A stretch of 53,606 nt of DNA from a candidate division WOR-3 bacterium UBA2202 (lineage in GTDB: Bacteria; Hydrothermota; 32-111). The translations under genes and the position numbers were made by a program. The notes under the pieces were generated by a model that was not told the origin of the DNA, did not search any database, and worked only from the letters and a program-made list of their open reading frames with translations. Where the stretch lies: positions 1,512 to 55,117 of the forward strand of contig DCUY01000084.1 of assembly GCA_002327905.1 (NCBI GenBank), read 5' to 3'. Of this stretch, positions 21,028 through 30,653 are shown piece by piece (positions within the stretch are counted from its first letter, which is position 1; each line of letters begins with the position of its first letter).

Positions 21028-22167
21028 CTATTTTTTGTCTTCTTCTTTCTTTTCTTCAGTCGTCTCGTTTGTTTCCTCTATTTCGTCAAACTCCTCTTCT
21101 TTTTCTTCAAGAAGATTGACATCATCCTTCATCTTCACAAGATTGATGTAGAGGATTGTCAGACCTGCTGTCCATGATGTGACGAAATATGATACAACTG
21201 TGAATCCGATTACATAGAATAAGAGGCCGAGTATGACCGATGTAAATGCTACTGCCCAGTTTCCCCCCGAGTAATTATGCATTGTGAGCATGAAGGGAAA
21301 GACATAGCCTGCTATTTTTTCGCTTAATGTATATGCAGGAACAGGTGGCAGGAAGTAAAATCCGTTTGACCATATCTTCAACCATGTTCCATTGTTCCAC
21401 ACTGACAAAGCCCATCTTGTTATTTCAAGAGTATATTTTACTATAATGCTGAAAACGAAGAATCCCAATGAGCTCAAAGCACCTATGAGACCGCTCCATA
21501 CGACAAGGCGCCACGGATGGTCCCACACGAGAGAGAATATCTCAAACAATGTGTCGAATGTATCAGATTTTGATGTTCCCGTAACCACAGGGGAGACGAA
21601 CATTGATACGAAGAGCACTATCATAAGGTAAACAGTGAATAATGCTCCGAAGATTATAGGAACTATCAGAAGTATTATAAATAAAGGACCAAAGTACGGG
21701 ATGCGGCCTATAAGGCCGAAGATGAAAGCGCCTAAAAACATGAGTGCAATAAGTATCACCAATGTTACAGGGGCGAGAAATGCGGATTTCCAATATTTAA
21801 ATGAATATTTTACGGATTCCTTCATCTCATAAAATTCATTTCCCTTAAGCTGTTCAAATGTTATCTTAGCAACTGCCGTCTGTCCGAAAATGAAAGCGAT
21901 GAAGAACAGAACTGCTCCGATTCCCCATATAAGCCATGCATACCATGTCAAAGCAGTGTATCCGAAGACAGGCACCGGAATGAATTTGTATGTTGACCAT
22001 ATCAGAGAAAAGGATGATCCGTTTACCATGTAGGCGATGTAAGTGAAAATACCGTAAGCAAGCACACCCGCAAGGATTGAGCAGAGCATCACAAACATCT
22101 TCTTGATCGACAGACCAAGTCGTGTGCTTCTGAACAGGTCCTTGTAGTTATAATGTAGTTTTATCAT
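21028..22167 (-). CDS. Multi-pass membrane protein with acidic C-terminal tail
   Basis: About 7-8 hydrophobic segments; overlaps the trpS stop. Confidence 0.8.
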   Translation of the reverse strand: MIKLHYNYKDLFRSTRLGLSIKKMFVMLCSILAGVLAYGIFTYIAYMVNGSSFSLIWSTYKFIPVPVFGYTALTWYAWLIWGIGAVLFFIAFIFGQTAVAKITFEQLKGNEFYEMKESVKYSFKYWKSAFLAPVTLVILIALMFLGAFIFGLIGRIPYFGPLFIILLIVPIIFGALFTVYLMIVLFVSMFVSPVVTGTSKSDTFDTLFEIFSLVWDHPWRLVVWSGLIGALSSLGFFVFSIIVKYTLEITRWALSVWNNGTWLKIWSNGFYFLPPVPAYTLSEKIAGYVFPFMLTMHNYSGGNWAVAFTSVILGLLFYVIGFTVVSYFVTSWTAGLTILYINLVKMKDDVNLLEEKEEEFDEIEETNETTEEKKEEDKK

Positions 22168-23162
22168 AGAACCTCCTGTTTATTTTTTAAATTCATACAC
22201 TTATTTACATCATCAAGAGTGGCATCTGCGACTCTTTTAGCCGATACCGCACCCTCATTGAGTATTTCACGGATATAGCCCGGATTCTTTAAGAGCTCAT
22301 TTCTCTTCTCTCTGATAGGGGAGATATGCTCATCAATTTTTTTTGCGGCATTCTTTTTGCAGTCAACGCATCCGAGCGTTCCCGCCTCGCAGTCCCTTTT
22401 TGTCTCCTCTGTCATTCCTTCATTGAATATTTTGTGGTATTGAAAAACATTGCATATTTCAGGATGTCCCGGATCGTTTTTATGCACTTTTGAAGTGTCT
22501 GTTATGCATGTCTTGACTTTCTTTAAAATATCCTCTTCGCTGTCTGCTATGTATATTGCATTATTCAATGATTTTGACATTTTCTTTCCGTCTATTCCCG
22601 GCACTCTCGGAAATCTTGTTATAAGCGATTTCGGCTCTGGGAAAATCGGCTTATACAGATAATTGAATCTGCGGGCTATTTCACGCGACATTTCAAGATG
22701 AGGAAGCTGATCCTCTCCCACAGGAACTGCAGTAGCTTTATAGCAGAGAATATCAGCAGTCTGCAGAATCGGATAACCGAGAAGCCCGTAATTCATATTC
22801 TCATTTATCTTCAGGTCGCGCGCCTGCTCTTTAAGCGTGGGGTTTCTTTCAAGCCATGAAAGAGGAGTGATCATTGAAAATAAAAGGTGGAGCTCCGCAT
22901 GAGCTTTTACCTGAGACTGTATGAATATCACAGATTTTTTAGGATCAAGACCTGCGGCCAGCCAGTCTGCCGCCATTTCAATTATGTTTGACTGGATTTC
23001 CGAAGTAGCTTCATATCCTGTTGTAAGCAGGTGCCAGTCGGCAATTTCAAAGTAACAGGAATATTCATCCTGCAACTTCACCCAGTTTTCCAAAGCGCCT
23101 ATGAGATTGCCAATGTGCGCTCTGCCGGTAGGCCTGAAGCCTGATAAAATTGTCCCCTTCAT
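22164..23162 (-). CDS. trpS: Tryptophan--tRNA ligase
   Basis: RPTGRAHIGN, YPILQTADIL, VPVGEDQLPH, KMSKS. Confidence 0.98.
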   Translation of the reverse strand: MKGTILSGFRPTGRAHIGNLIGALENWVKLQDEYSCYFEIADWHLLTTGYEATSEIQSNIIEMAADWLAAGLDPKKSVIFIQSQVKAHAELHLLFSMITPLSWLERNPTLKEQARDLKINENMNYGLLGYPILQTADILCYKATAVPVGEDQLPHLEMSREIARRFNYLYKPIFPEPKSLITRFPRVPGIDGKKMSKSLNNAIYIADSEEDILKKVKTCITDTSKVHKNDPGHPEICNVFQYHKIFNEGMTEETKRDCEAGTLGCVDCKKNAAKKIDEHISPIREKRNELLKNPGYIREILNEGAVSAKRVADATLDDVNKCMNLKNKQEVL

Positions 23163-23182
23163 ATTTTCACCATTAACTGACT

Positions 23183-23211
23183 ATTCTATATATAAAAGTC
23201 AATTATGTCAA
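23183..23211 (-). promoter_or_regulatory. sigma70 promoter for trpS
   Basis: TTGACA-N17-TAGAAT. Confidence 0.7.
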
Positions 23212-23217
23212 GATTTA

Positions 23218-23841
23218 TCATTTATCAACAAAAAAGATTTTCGGGTCATAAAAAAATTTGTTTAATTCGTTTTTTCTTAAGATGTCAATTGAATAGGAGG
23301 CGTAAATCTCCCTTCCGTTTACTCTTCCGGCTGATTTCGGGCGCACTTTCAGCATTTCAAAGTGAATGTGATTCAGATATTCGCCCCATTTGTCAAGCTT
23401 GGGGCGGTCAATGAAAGACCCTATTACAGTGTATTGGTCAACAGTGTCTCCAGCTGACACGACAATATCCGATATGTGAGTGTAAGCGGAATAGACCATT
23501 CCTCCGGCTCTGAGATTATGTGTAATAATAACACACGAAGATGACCTGTTTGACCAGACTGAAAGCACTACCCCACTGGCGCAGGCATATATAGGTTCTA
23601 TTGCGCCTGATTTGCTTCCCGGATTTTTCAGGTCGATTCCCGCATGATAATGTCCGCGTATCTTATTATAAGGCTTTCTCCAGATGCCGAATTCCCCCGC
23701 AGGGGAGATATAACTCTGTTTCAATATTCTTCTGTTTTCCACTGAAATCGGCAGGTAAAACGCATCAGCGAAAAAATCGCTTAAAAGCGGAATAAAAAAG
23801 AAAACGGATAATATTAAAATAAATCCTTTATTTTTTTTCAT
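23218..23841 (-). CDS. M23 family metallopeptidase
   Basis: HAGID (HxxxD), YTHI, HIHFE (HxH); N-terminal signal. Confidence 0.88.
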   Translation of the reverse strand: MKKNKGFILILSVFFFIPLLSDFFADAFYLPISVENRRILKQSYISPAGEFGIWRKPYNKIRGHYHAGIDLKNPGSKSGAIEPIYACASGVVLSVWSNRSSSCVIITHNLRAGGMVYSAYTHISDIVVSAGDTVDQYTVIGSFIDRPKLDKWGEYLNHIHFEMLKVRPKSAGRVNGREIYASYSIDILRKNELNKFFYDPKIFFVDK

Positions 23842-23888
23842 TTTACAATATAATTATACAATTATAAAAAAATAAAACAAGAAGGTGT

Positions 23889-25073
23889 ATGTATAAAAAA
23901 TTAGAAGTAAATCCAAGCGCAAGAAATGCGATACAGTCCGGACATCCGTGGATATTCTCAGGCAAGATAATGTCAGCCTTGAGTGATTATGAAAACGGAG
24001 AGTGCGTATATGTGTACTGCGAAGGAAAATTTTTAGGCACAGGATTCATCTCTCCTGAAAATTCAATATGCGTAAGAATGATATCCCGCTCCCGCCTTGA
24101 GATAAACAGGGAATTTTTCATTCAAAAATTTATTCAGATGCAGAGAATGAAAAAAATGTTTTTAAGCGATAAAACAAATATGTACAGATTATGCTTCTCA
24201 GAGGCGGATTTCATACCCGGTCTTATTGTCGATTATTACAACAATAATCTCGTAATACAGACAAATTCTGCGGGAGTGATAAAGAGGAGAGACATTATAG
24301 TAGAAGCTCTTAAAGATGTTTTAATGCCCGTATCAATAATTGACCGCACTGACATTGACACATACAAGCTGGAGCACTGCGAAAATCCCTCCTTGGAAAG
24401 CATTCTGCTTTATGGAAGCCTGCCTGATGAGATTCCAGTAATGAAGGAGAATGACATTCTTTTTTATGTTGATCTGAAAAACGGACATAAGACGGGGTTC
24501 TATCTTGACCAGAGGGAGAACAGGGAGCTGATAGGCGGAATCTCTCGGGATAAATCAGTTCTCAACCTGTGTTCTTATACAGGAGGATTCACTCTCTACG
24601 CTCTTTTAAACGGAGCAGGCAGAACAGTTTCAGTAGATGTATCAGGAAAGGCTTTGGACCTGCTTGAAAGAAATATTAAATTGAATAAAATATCTCCTGA
24701 AAAAAATGAAAATGTAAAAGAGGATTTATTTGAGTATGTCACCAATTATGACCTTGAACAATTCGGAATTATCATCATAGATCCTCCCGCTTTTGCCAAA
24801 CATGTCTCAGATTCAAGGCAGGCGGAGAAGGCATACAAATACATAAATGCAGGTGTTTTGAAGAAGGTGAAGCCGGAGACATTCATCCTCACTTCTTCAT
24901 GTACATCAGTAGTCAATCAGGACATGTTCGCAGAGATAATAGAAAAATCAATAAGGGATTCAAGGCGGGATGTGAAGATAATAAAAAAGACATTTCTGCC
25001 TGCAGACCATCCTGCGCTTTTCCACTTCAAAGAGACTGAGTATTTGAAATCATACCTTCTCTATGTGCTATGA
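23889..25073 (+). CDS. rlmI: 23S rRNA m5C methyltransferase, RlmI family
   Basis: PUA domain GHPWIF, SEADFIPGLIVD, GHKTGFYLDQRENR, SYTGGF, IIDPPAF. Confidence 0.88.
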   Translation: MYKKLEVNPSARNAIQSGHPWIFSGKIMSALSDYENGECVYVYCEGKFLGTGFISPENSICVRMISRSRLEINREFFIQKFIQMQRMKKMFLSDKTNMYRLCFSEADFIPGLIVDYYNNNLVIQTNSAGVIKRRDIIVEALKDVLMPVSIIDRTDIDTYKLEHCENPSLESILLYGSLPDEIPVMKENDILFYVDLKNGHKTGFYLDQRENRELIGGISRDKSVLNLCSYTGGFTLYALLNGAGRTVSVDVSGKALDLLERNIKLNKISPEKNENVKEDLFEYVTNYDLEQFGIIIIDPPAFAKHVSDSRQAEKAYKYINAGVLKKVKPETFILTSSCTSVVNQDMFAEIIEKSIRDSRRDVKIIKKTFLPADHPALFHFKETEYLKSYLLYVL

Positions 25074-26191
25074 AGACCAATATTTTAATTCTCTCGACAA
25101 ACAGGGCTGATTACTCGCACCTTTATCTGACAATAAAGGCTTTGAAAAAATCAGATGCCATAAATGCGATTTTTGTGGCGACCGGAGGGCATTTCGACAA
25201 AGCGCGCGGTTCGTCTCTGGACGAACTCTATGACACGGGAGTCAAGCCGGACTATAAGATACGCACTGTAATAGACTGGAGTAGCGAAGCAAAACTCTTT
25301 GCTTCAATAATGTCGTTTGAGAAGAGGCTACGCACGGTTGCAAAGATGGTGAAGGCGGATTATATAATGGTTCTCGGAGACAGAATTGAACTTCTCGCAG
25401 TTATAAATCTTTCTCTCATAATGGGGAAGAAGATAATCCACATATCGGGAGGAGAGACAACTCTGGGCGCAGTTGACGACTATGTGCGAAAAATGCTCTC
25501 TCTGATATCCTACATACATTTTGTGTCAGGAGAATATTTTAAAGAGAATCTCTCTGATTTTCTTAAGACTGAAAAAAACATTATAAATGCAGGCGACCCG
25601 ATACTGGAGTATATTGACAAGACCGACTTTCTGTCTTTGGAAGAGGCAAACAGGGAGCTTAATCTTGATTTGAAGGAGAAGGAGTATATACTCTTTACAT
25701 ATCATCCTGAGACGAATTCCCCTGTTGATATAAAATCACAGTTTCACGGCATGGAAAGATTTCTCTTTGATACAAAGATGCCTGTTGTGTGCACTGCTCC
25801 CAATGCGGATTTAGGAGGGGACTATATTTTGAAGCAATTGAAGCATATTTCAAATTCAAACAGAAATGTCATTATAGTTGAGCATCTGGGATTCAGAAAA
25901 TACAATACACTGATGAAGAATTCTTTCTGCGCTATGGGCAACTCTTCTTCTCTTGTCATTGAATGCCCGTATTTGAAAGTTCCGTCAATAATCATCGGTT
26001 CCAGACAAAGAGGAAGGCCTTTGAGCGAATCAGTAATAAATACAACACATGATTATAATGAGATAACAAACGCTTTCAGAAACATAAAGGATAATCCGGA
26101 TTTTTCAACCGACCGTTTGAATCAGATTCACTATGAAAGAGCAGAAACATCGGAAATAATCAAAGAGAGTCTTGAGAGGCTTCTTTGTTAG
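25070..26191 (+). CDS. neuC: UDP-N-acetylglucosamine 2-epimerase (hydrolysing)
   Basis: TNRADY, LGDRIE, HISGGE, TYHPET, PNADLG, GNSSS, GSRQRGR. Confidence 0.88.
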   Translation: MKTNILILSTNRADYSHLYLTIKALKKSDAINAIFVATGGHFDKARGSSLDELYDTGVKPDYKIRTVIDWSSEAKLFASIMSFEKRLRTVAKMVKADYIMVLGDRIELLAVINLSLIMGKKIIHISGGETTLGAVDDYVRKMLSLISYIHFVSGEYFKENLSDFLKTEKNIINAGDPILEYIDKTDFLSLEEANRELNLDLKEKEYILFTYHPETNSPVDIKSQFHGMERFLFDTKMPVVCTAPNADLGGDYILKQLKHISNSNRNVIIVEHLGFRKYNTLMKNSFCAMGNSSSLVIECPYLKVPSIIIGSRQRGRPLSESVINTTHDYNEITNAFRNIKDNPDFSTDRLNQIHYERAETSEIIKESLERLLC

Positions 26192-26195
26192 GATA

Positions 26196-26224
26196 TTGAC
26201 ATGCAGAGAGTATTTTGGTATAAA
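26196..26224 (+). promoter_or_regulatory. sigma70 promoter for smc-ftsY
   Basis: TTGACA-N17-TATAAA with TG extension. Confidence 0.65.
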
Positions 26225-26252
26225 TTTAATCTATTTTTAGTGCGGAGGTTTC

Positions 26253-29200
26253 TTGTACTTAAATGAAATAAGAATCTACGGATTCAAATCATTCCCTGAG
26301 CCATTGAACCTGAAACTCAACAGAGGTATAACAGGTTTTGTAGGACCCAACGGAAGCGGAAAATCAAATGTGGTGGATGCGATAAGATGGGTTCTCGGAG
26401 AACAATCCGCCAAAGAATTGAGGGCGACTCTGATGGAGGACCTGATTTTCAACGGCACTCACAAGAGGGCTCAGTCGAATCTTGCCTCATCCGCACTCAA
26501 ATTCAGCAATGATGGAGAGCTTCCTCTTGATTTTTCCGAATTGGAGATAGAGAGAAAAGTTTACCGCTCAGGAGAATCCCAATACCTTATAAATAAAGAG
26601 ACAGTGAGACTGAAGGACATTCAGAATCTTTTGGCGGACACAGGGCTTGGAACGCGCACTTACTCATTATTCAAAAGGTCTCTGATAGAAGACATTGTCC
26701 AGAACAAACCTGATGCTTTAAGAAATCTTTTTGAAGAATCCGCTGGGATATCTTTGTACAGGCAGTCAAAGAGAGAGACATTGAGAAAGCTTATAGCGGC
26801 TCAGGAAAATCTTTACAGAATCAATGATCTGATACAGGAGATTGAAAAGCAGGAAAAGGAATTGAAAAAGCAGACAGGAAGGGCAAAGAGATACAATGAA
26901 ATGACTGAAATAGTCAAACACCTTTCTCAGCATGTTTACAGAAAGAAGGATGCCGACATAACCGCTTTGATAGAAAATCTTGATGAATCAATAAAGGCAA
27001 AAAAAGAAAAAATAACGGAATTGTTCAGTGAAATTGAGGACATAAAAGAGAGCATTACAAATGCAAAAGCCGACAGGAAAGCTGTTGAAGAAGAATTGTC
27101 TGAAATGATATTGAAAAAAGAGAAGGGCTCGGAGGAATTGTATAAAATCAATTCCGACATACTTGTTTTAAATGAGAGGGTGAAATCCCTTGAGGAGCAG
27201 ATAAAGAGCAAGAGAGAATTCAAAGATAAGCAGATACTCGAGCATCCTGCCAAAAAAGAGAGAATGAAGAATAATGAATCCAGATTTGAAGTTATTTTAA
27301 GAAGACTTCAGGATGTGGAGCATGAAAGGGATGAAGAGCTGAATAAGGATATTGAAACTCAATACAGAAATGCGCAGGCCCTGTTTGATGAATTGAGCGC
27401 TGAAAAGAGAAAGAAGGAAAATGAGGTTCTTCTACTCCGTTCAAAGATAAATTCAATTCTCTTTAAAAAGGAGAATCAGAGCAAGAGAATGGATGAAAAG
27501 AAATCGGAGATAGATAATGAAAGCGAAAATTTGGAAAAACTGAAGCAGGATCTCTCTGAAAAAGGAAAGAGCATAGAAGAACTTGTAAAGACAATTGATT
27601 CCGTCAAAAAGGATATCAATGAGACAGAGTCTCTGATAAATGAAAAAAGAAACAGACAGAGGGAATTATTCGCCGAGAAGGAGAATATAGGAAAAGAAAT
27701 ATCAGGCGAAGAGAGCAGGAGAGAACAGATAGTAAACAGAATAAATGAGAGCAAAGGAACAATTGAAGAGATAGAGAAGGCGCTTGAGAAGAGCGGAATA
27801 GAGCAGGTGAGAAATCTTGTCACAGCAAAAGAAGGGTATGAAGATTATCTGAAGACAGCCTTGTCCCATATTCTCAATGCAATTGTTCTGTGCAGAGACG
27901 ATATAAGAAAAATAGAAAATTTGGAGATGCCTCTTCTCACAATAATACTCTCCGACTATGCTGGCGGAGAGCACGGAAGAAAGGATACGTTGAATAATTT
28001 TGTCTACGGACCGGAGTATATAAAGAGATTCCTGTCGAAATTCATTATAAGCGAAAGTGAAGACGAACCGTTTGAAAAGGAAGACGGATTTTATTATGTG
28101 AGAAAAAACGGAATCCTTGTCACTCCTGAGAGATTCGTAATAAAATCAGGCGAAATAAAGATAGTCAATTTCAAAGATGCAATTGAAAAGACTCATAATC
28201 GTTTATCGGAATTATCGGAATTGTCTGCAAAGAATCAGGAGGAGCTTGAATTATCTAAGAGCTCTCTCAATTCACTCAATATCGAATTGAACAGACGCAG
28301 ACAGTCATTCACAGATACTGACAATAAGAGGATATTTCTTCTTGAAACAGAAAAAGCGATTAAAAAGAATATTGAAGCAAAGACATCTTTCATAATGCGC
28401 CTTAAAGAAAATTTCTCATTGCTACAGAATGAATTTGCAGGCATGAACAGCGAGGAGAATGAAATCAATGAAAAGATTGCGGTATTGGAAAAAGAGATTG
28501 CCGGGCTTTCCGAGAATGTCACTAACAGAGAATCCGAACTGAACGGCTTAAAGGAAAAATACATAATTTATTCAAACAGAAAGGGTGAAATAGAGAACAT
28601 ATACGAAACACTTTCAAATGAAAAGAGAATACTTGAGAAAGAGATAGCGGATTTGAGAAATGTAATTGACTCATTCGAGACTGATGTGCAGACTCTTGAC
28701 AGGTTTGTAGATGACTCATCATCCCAGATAACATCCATGATTAAAACAACGGATGCAAAGGAAGGGGTGAAGGAAAGGCATCAGTCGGAGCTTCTTAAAT
28801 TGGATGAAGAGATGAAGGTTCTTTCAGATAAAATTGAAGAGACTGACAATGCAATCAAACAGTTTGAAGAAAAGGAGGAAGAGAAGAGGTCTCTGATGGA
28901 ATCCTTCAAAACCGAAAGGGAAGAGCTTCTCCTTCACAGGGAAAAACATACAACTGAGAGGGATTTCAACAGAAAGAATATAGACGAGACTGTGGATGTT
29001 GACAATGAAGTGATTTCAAAGTATTTGGAAAATTCTGAAGAGGAATTGAAATATCTAACTGAAAAGCTCGCCAACATGGGTCCGATAAATCAGCTGGCAT
29101 TTCAGGAATACTCTGAGGTTGCAGAGAGGCTTGAACAGATGATTAAGCAGAAAGATGACATAGTGCAGTCAAAGGAGAATCTGGAGAAGACAATAAAGAC

Positions 29201-29711
29201 GATCGATGCCAAAGCAAAGACGATTTTCGTGCAGTATTTTGACACTATCAGAAGCACATTCAAAGAGCTTTTCTATGAAATATTCAAAAACGGAAACGCA
29301 GATATTAATCTGACGGATGAAACAGACCCGCTTGACAGCGACATACAGATTACATTTGAGCCGGGAGAGAAGAAGATAGGCAAGCTTGTGCAATTGTCAG
29401 AGGGAGAGAGAGCCATGATGATAATTCTTCTTCTGTTCTCCATGTATATGATAAAGCCGACTCCTGTGTGCATAATGGATGAAATTGATGCGCCTCTTGA
29501 TGATGCCAATGTTGAGAATTTCATAAATCTGCTGAAAAAATTCAGAGACAAGACGCAGTTTATTCTGATAACCCACAATAAACGCACAATGGAATTCTGC
29601 GACTATCTCTTCGGAGTGACAATGGAGGAGAGCGGTGTCACAAGCATATTCTCATTGAATCTTCAGACAATTTCGCAGAAGTTTATAGAGAATGCTACTC
29701 AATCAAATTAA
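26253..29711 (+). CDS. smc: Chromosome segregation protein SMC
   Basis: GFKSF, GPNGSGKSN, long coiled coils, GPINQLA, MDEIDAPLD, ITHNK; smc-ftsY synteny. Confidence 0.95.
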   Translation: MYLNEIRIYGFKSFPEPLNLKLNRGITGFVGPNGSGKSNVVDAIRWVLGEQSAKELRATLMEDLIFNGTHKRAQSNLASSALKFSNDGELPLDFSELEIERKVYRSGESQYLINKETVRLKDIQNLLADTGLGTRTYSLFKRSLIEDIVQNKPDALRNLFEESAGISLYRQSKRETLRKLIAAQENLYRINDLIQEIEKQEKELKKQTGRAKRYNEMTEIVKHLSQHVYRKKDADITALIENLDESIKAKKEKITELFSEIEDIKESITNAKADRKAVEEELSEMILKKEKGSEELYKINSDILVLNERVKSLEEQIKSKREFKDKQILEHPAKKERMKNNESRFEVILRRLQDVEHERDEELNKDIETQYRNAQALFDELSAEKRKKENEVLLLRSKINSILFKKENQSKRMDEKKSEIDNESENLEKLKQDLSEKGKSIEELVKTIDSVKKDINETESLINEKRNRQRELFAEKENIGKEISGEESRREQIVNRINESKGTIEEIEKALEKSGIEQVRNLVTAKEGYEDYLKTALSHILNAIVLCRDDIRKIENLEMPLLTIILSDYAGGEHGRKDTLNNFVYGPEYIKRFLSKFIISESEDEPFEKEDGFYYVRKNGILVTPERFVIKSGEIKIVNFKDAIEKTHNRLSELSELSAKNQEELELSKSSLNSLNIELNRRRQSFTDTDNKRIFLLETEKAIKKNIEAKTSFIMRLKENFSLLQNEFAGMNSEENEINEKIAVLEKEIAGLSENVTNRESELNGLKEKYIIYSNRKGEIENIYETLSNEKRILEKEIADLRNVIDSFETDVQTLDRFVDDSSSQITSMIKTTDAKEGVKERHQSELLKLDEEMKVLSDKIEETDNAIKQFEEKEEEKRSLMESFKTEREELLLHREKHTTERDFNRKNIDETVDVDNEVISKYLENSEEELKYLTEKLANMGPINQLAFQEYSEVAERLEQMIKQKDDIVQSKENLEKTIKTIDAKAKTIFVQYFDTIRSTFKELFYEIFKNGNADINLTDETDPLDSDIQITFEPGEKKIGKLVQLSEGERAMMIILLLFSMYMIKPTPVCIMDEIDAPLDDANVENFINLLKKFRDKTQFILITHNKRTMEFCDYLFGVTMEESGVTSIFSLNLQTISQKFIENATQSN

Positions 29712-30582
29712 GAATATATTCAAGAAAGCAAAACTTCCTTTAAATCAGCTTCTTGAGAGCGCTTTCAAGGGCGGAAAATTAGAGGATTATGACTTTATTG
29801 AGGAGCAGTTGATTATTGCAGACATTGGAATGGAGACTGCAGACAAGATTATAAAAGAATTAAAGAGACAGGCGCGCGAGGGAATTGTTATAGGAAGAGA
29901 GAATCTCCTCGAAATTTTAAAAAAAATAATCAGCGGAATTCTTCTTGACCCTATTTATCCCAATGAGGCGGAACTTCCGTTGATTTTGCTGGTAAGCGGC
30001 ATAAACGGAGCGGGAAAGACCACGACAATAGGCAAACTTGCAAACATGTATGAGAAGAAGGGAAAGAAAGTACTTCTCGGTGCATGCGATACATTCCGAG
30101 CCGCAGCTGATGAACAGCTTAAAATATGGTCGGAGCGCGCCAAATCGCAGATTTATATTTCCAAAGAGAGCAAAGACCCTGCCGCTGTCGCGTATGAGAC
30201 TGTCTCCAAGGGAATAGCTGAGGGTTTTGACATAATAATAATTGATACTGCAGGCAGGATGCACACGAATGACAATCTAATGAAGGAAATTAAAAAAATC
30301 GGGACAGTTCTGAGAAGCAAATTTGATAAGCCGAACATATTTTCAATTCTCGTCATTGACAGCACAACGGGGAAGAATGCATTGAATCAGGCGAAAGAGT
30401 TTAAGAATGTAGCCGATGTTGACGCAATATTCCTTTCAAAGATGGACGGAACTGCAAAAGGCGGGAACATTATTACAATAGCGGACGAGCTGAAACTGCC
30501 AATATCATACATAGGAATAGGAGAGGGAATTGATGATATAACAGGATTTGAAAAAGAGAGTTTTATAGAAGAGATAATATAA
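29692..30582 (+). CDS. ftsY: SRP receptor FtsY
   Basis: GINGAGKTTT, DTFRAAA, DTAGR, KMDGTAKGG. Confidence 0.97.
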   Translation: MLLNQIKNIFKKAKLPLNQLLESAFKGGKLEDYDFIEEQLIIADIGMETADKIIKELKRQAREGIVIGRENLLEILKKIISGILLDPIYPNEAELPLILLVSGINGAGKTTTIGKLANMYEKKGKKVLLGACDTFRAAADEQLKIWSERAKSQIYISKESKDPAAVAYETVSKGIAEGFDIIIIDTAGRMHTNDNLMKEIKKIGTVLRSKFDKPNIFSILVIDSTTGKNALNQAKEFKNVADVDAIFLSKMDGTAKGGNIITIADELKLPISYIGIGEGIDDITGFEKESFIEEII

Positions 30583-30600
30583 AAGGATATATTGAAATAA

Positions 30601-30635
30601 AAAAAAAGGACTCCCTCTGCGGGAGTCCTTTTTTT
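30601..30635. terminator. Bidirectional intrinsic terminator
   Basis: A7-GGACTCCC-TCTGC-GGGAGTCC-T7. Confidence 0.92.
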
Positions 30636-30653
30636 ATGCTTATCTTAGTGAAA

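Noticed and set aside
23163-23217. T-box riboswitch upstream of trpS
   Set aside because: Leader is only about 14 nt from the predicted TSS; no room
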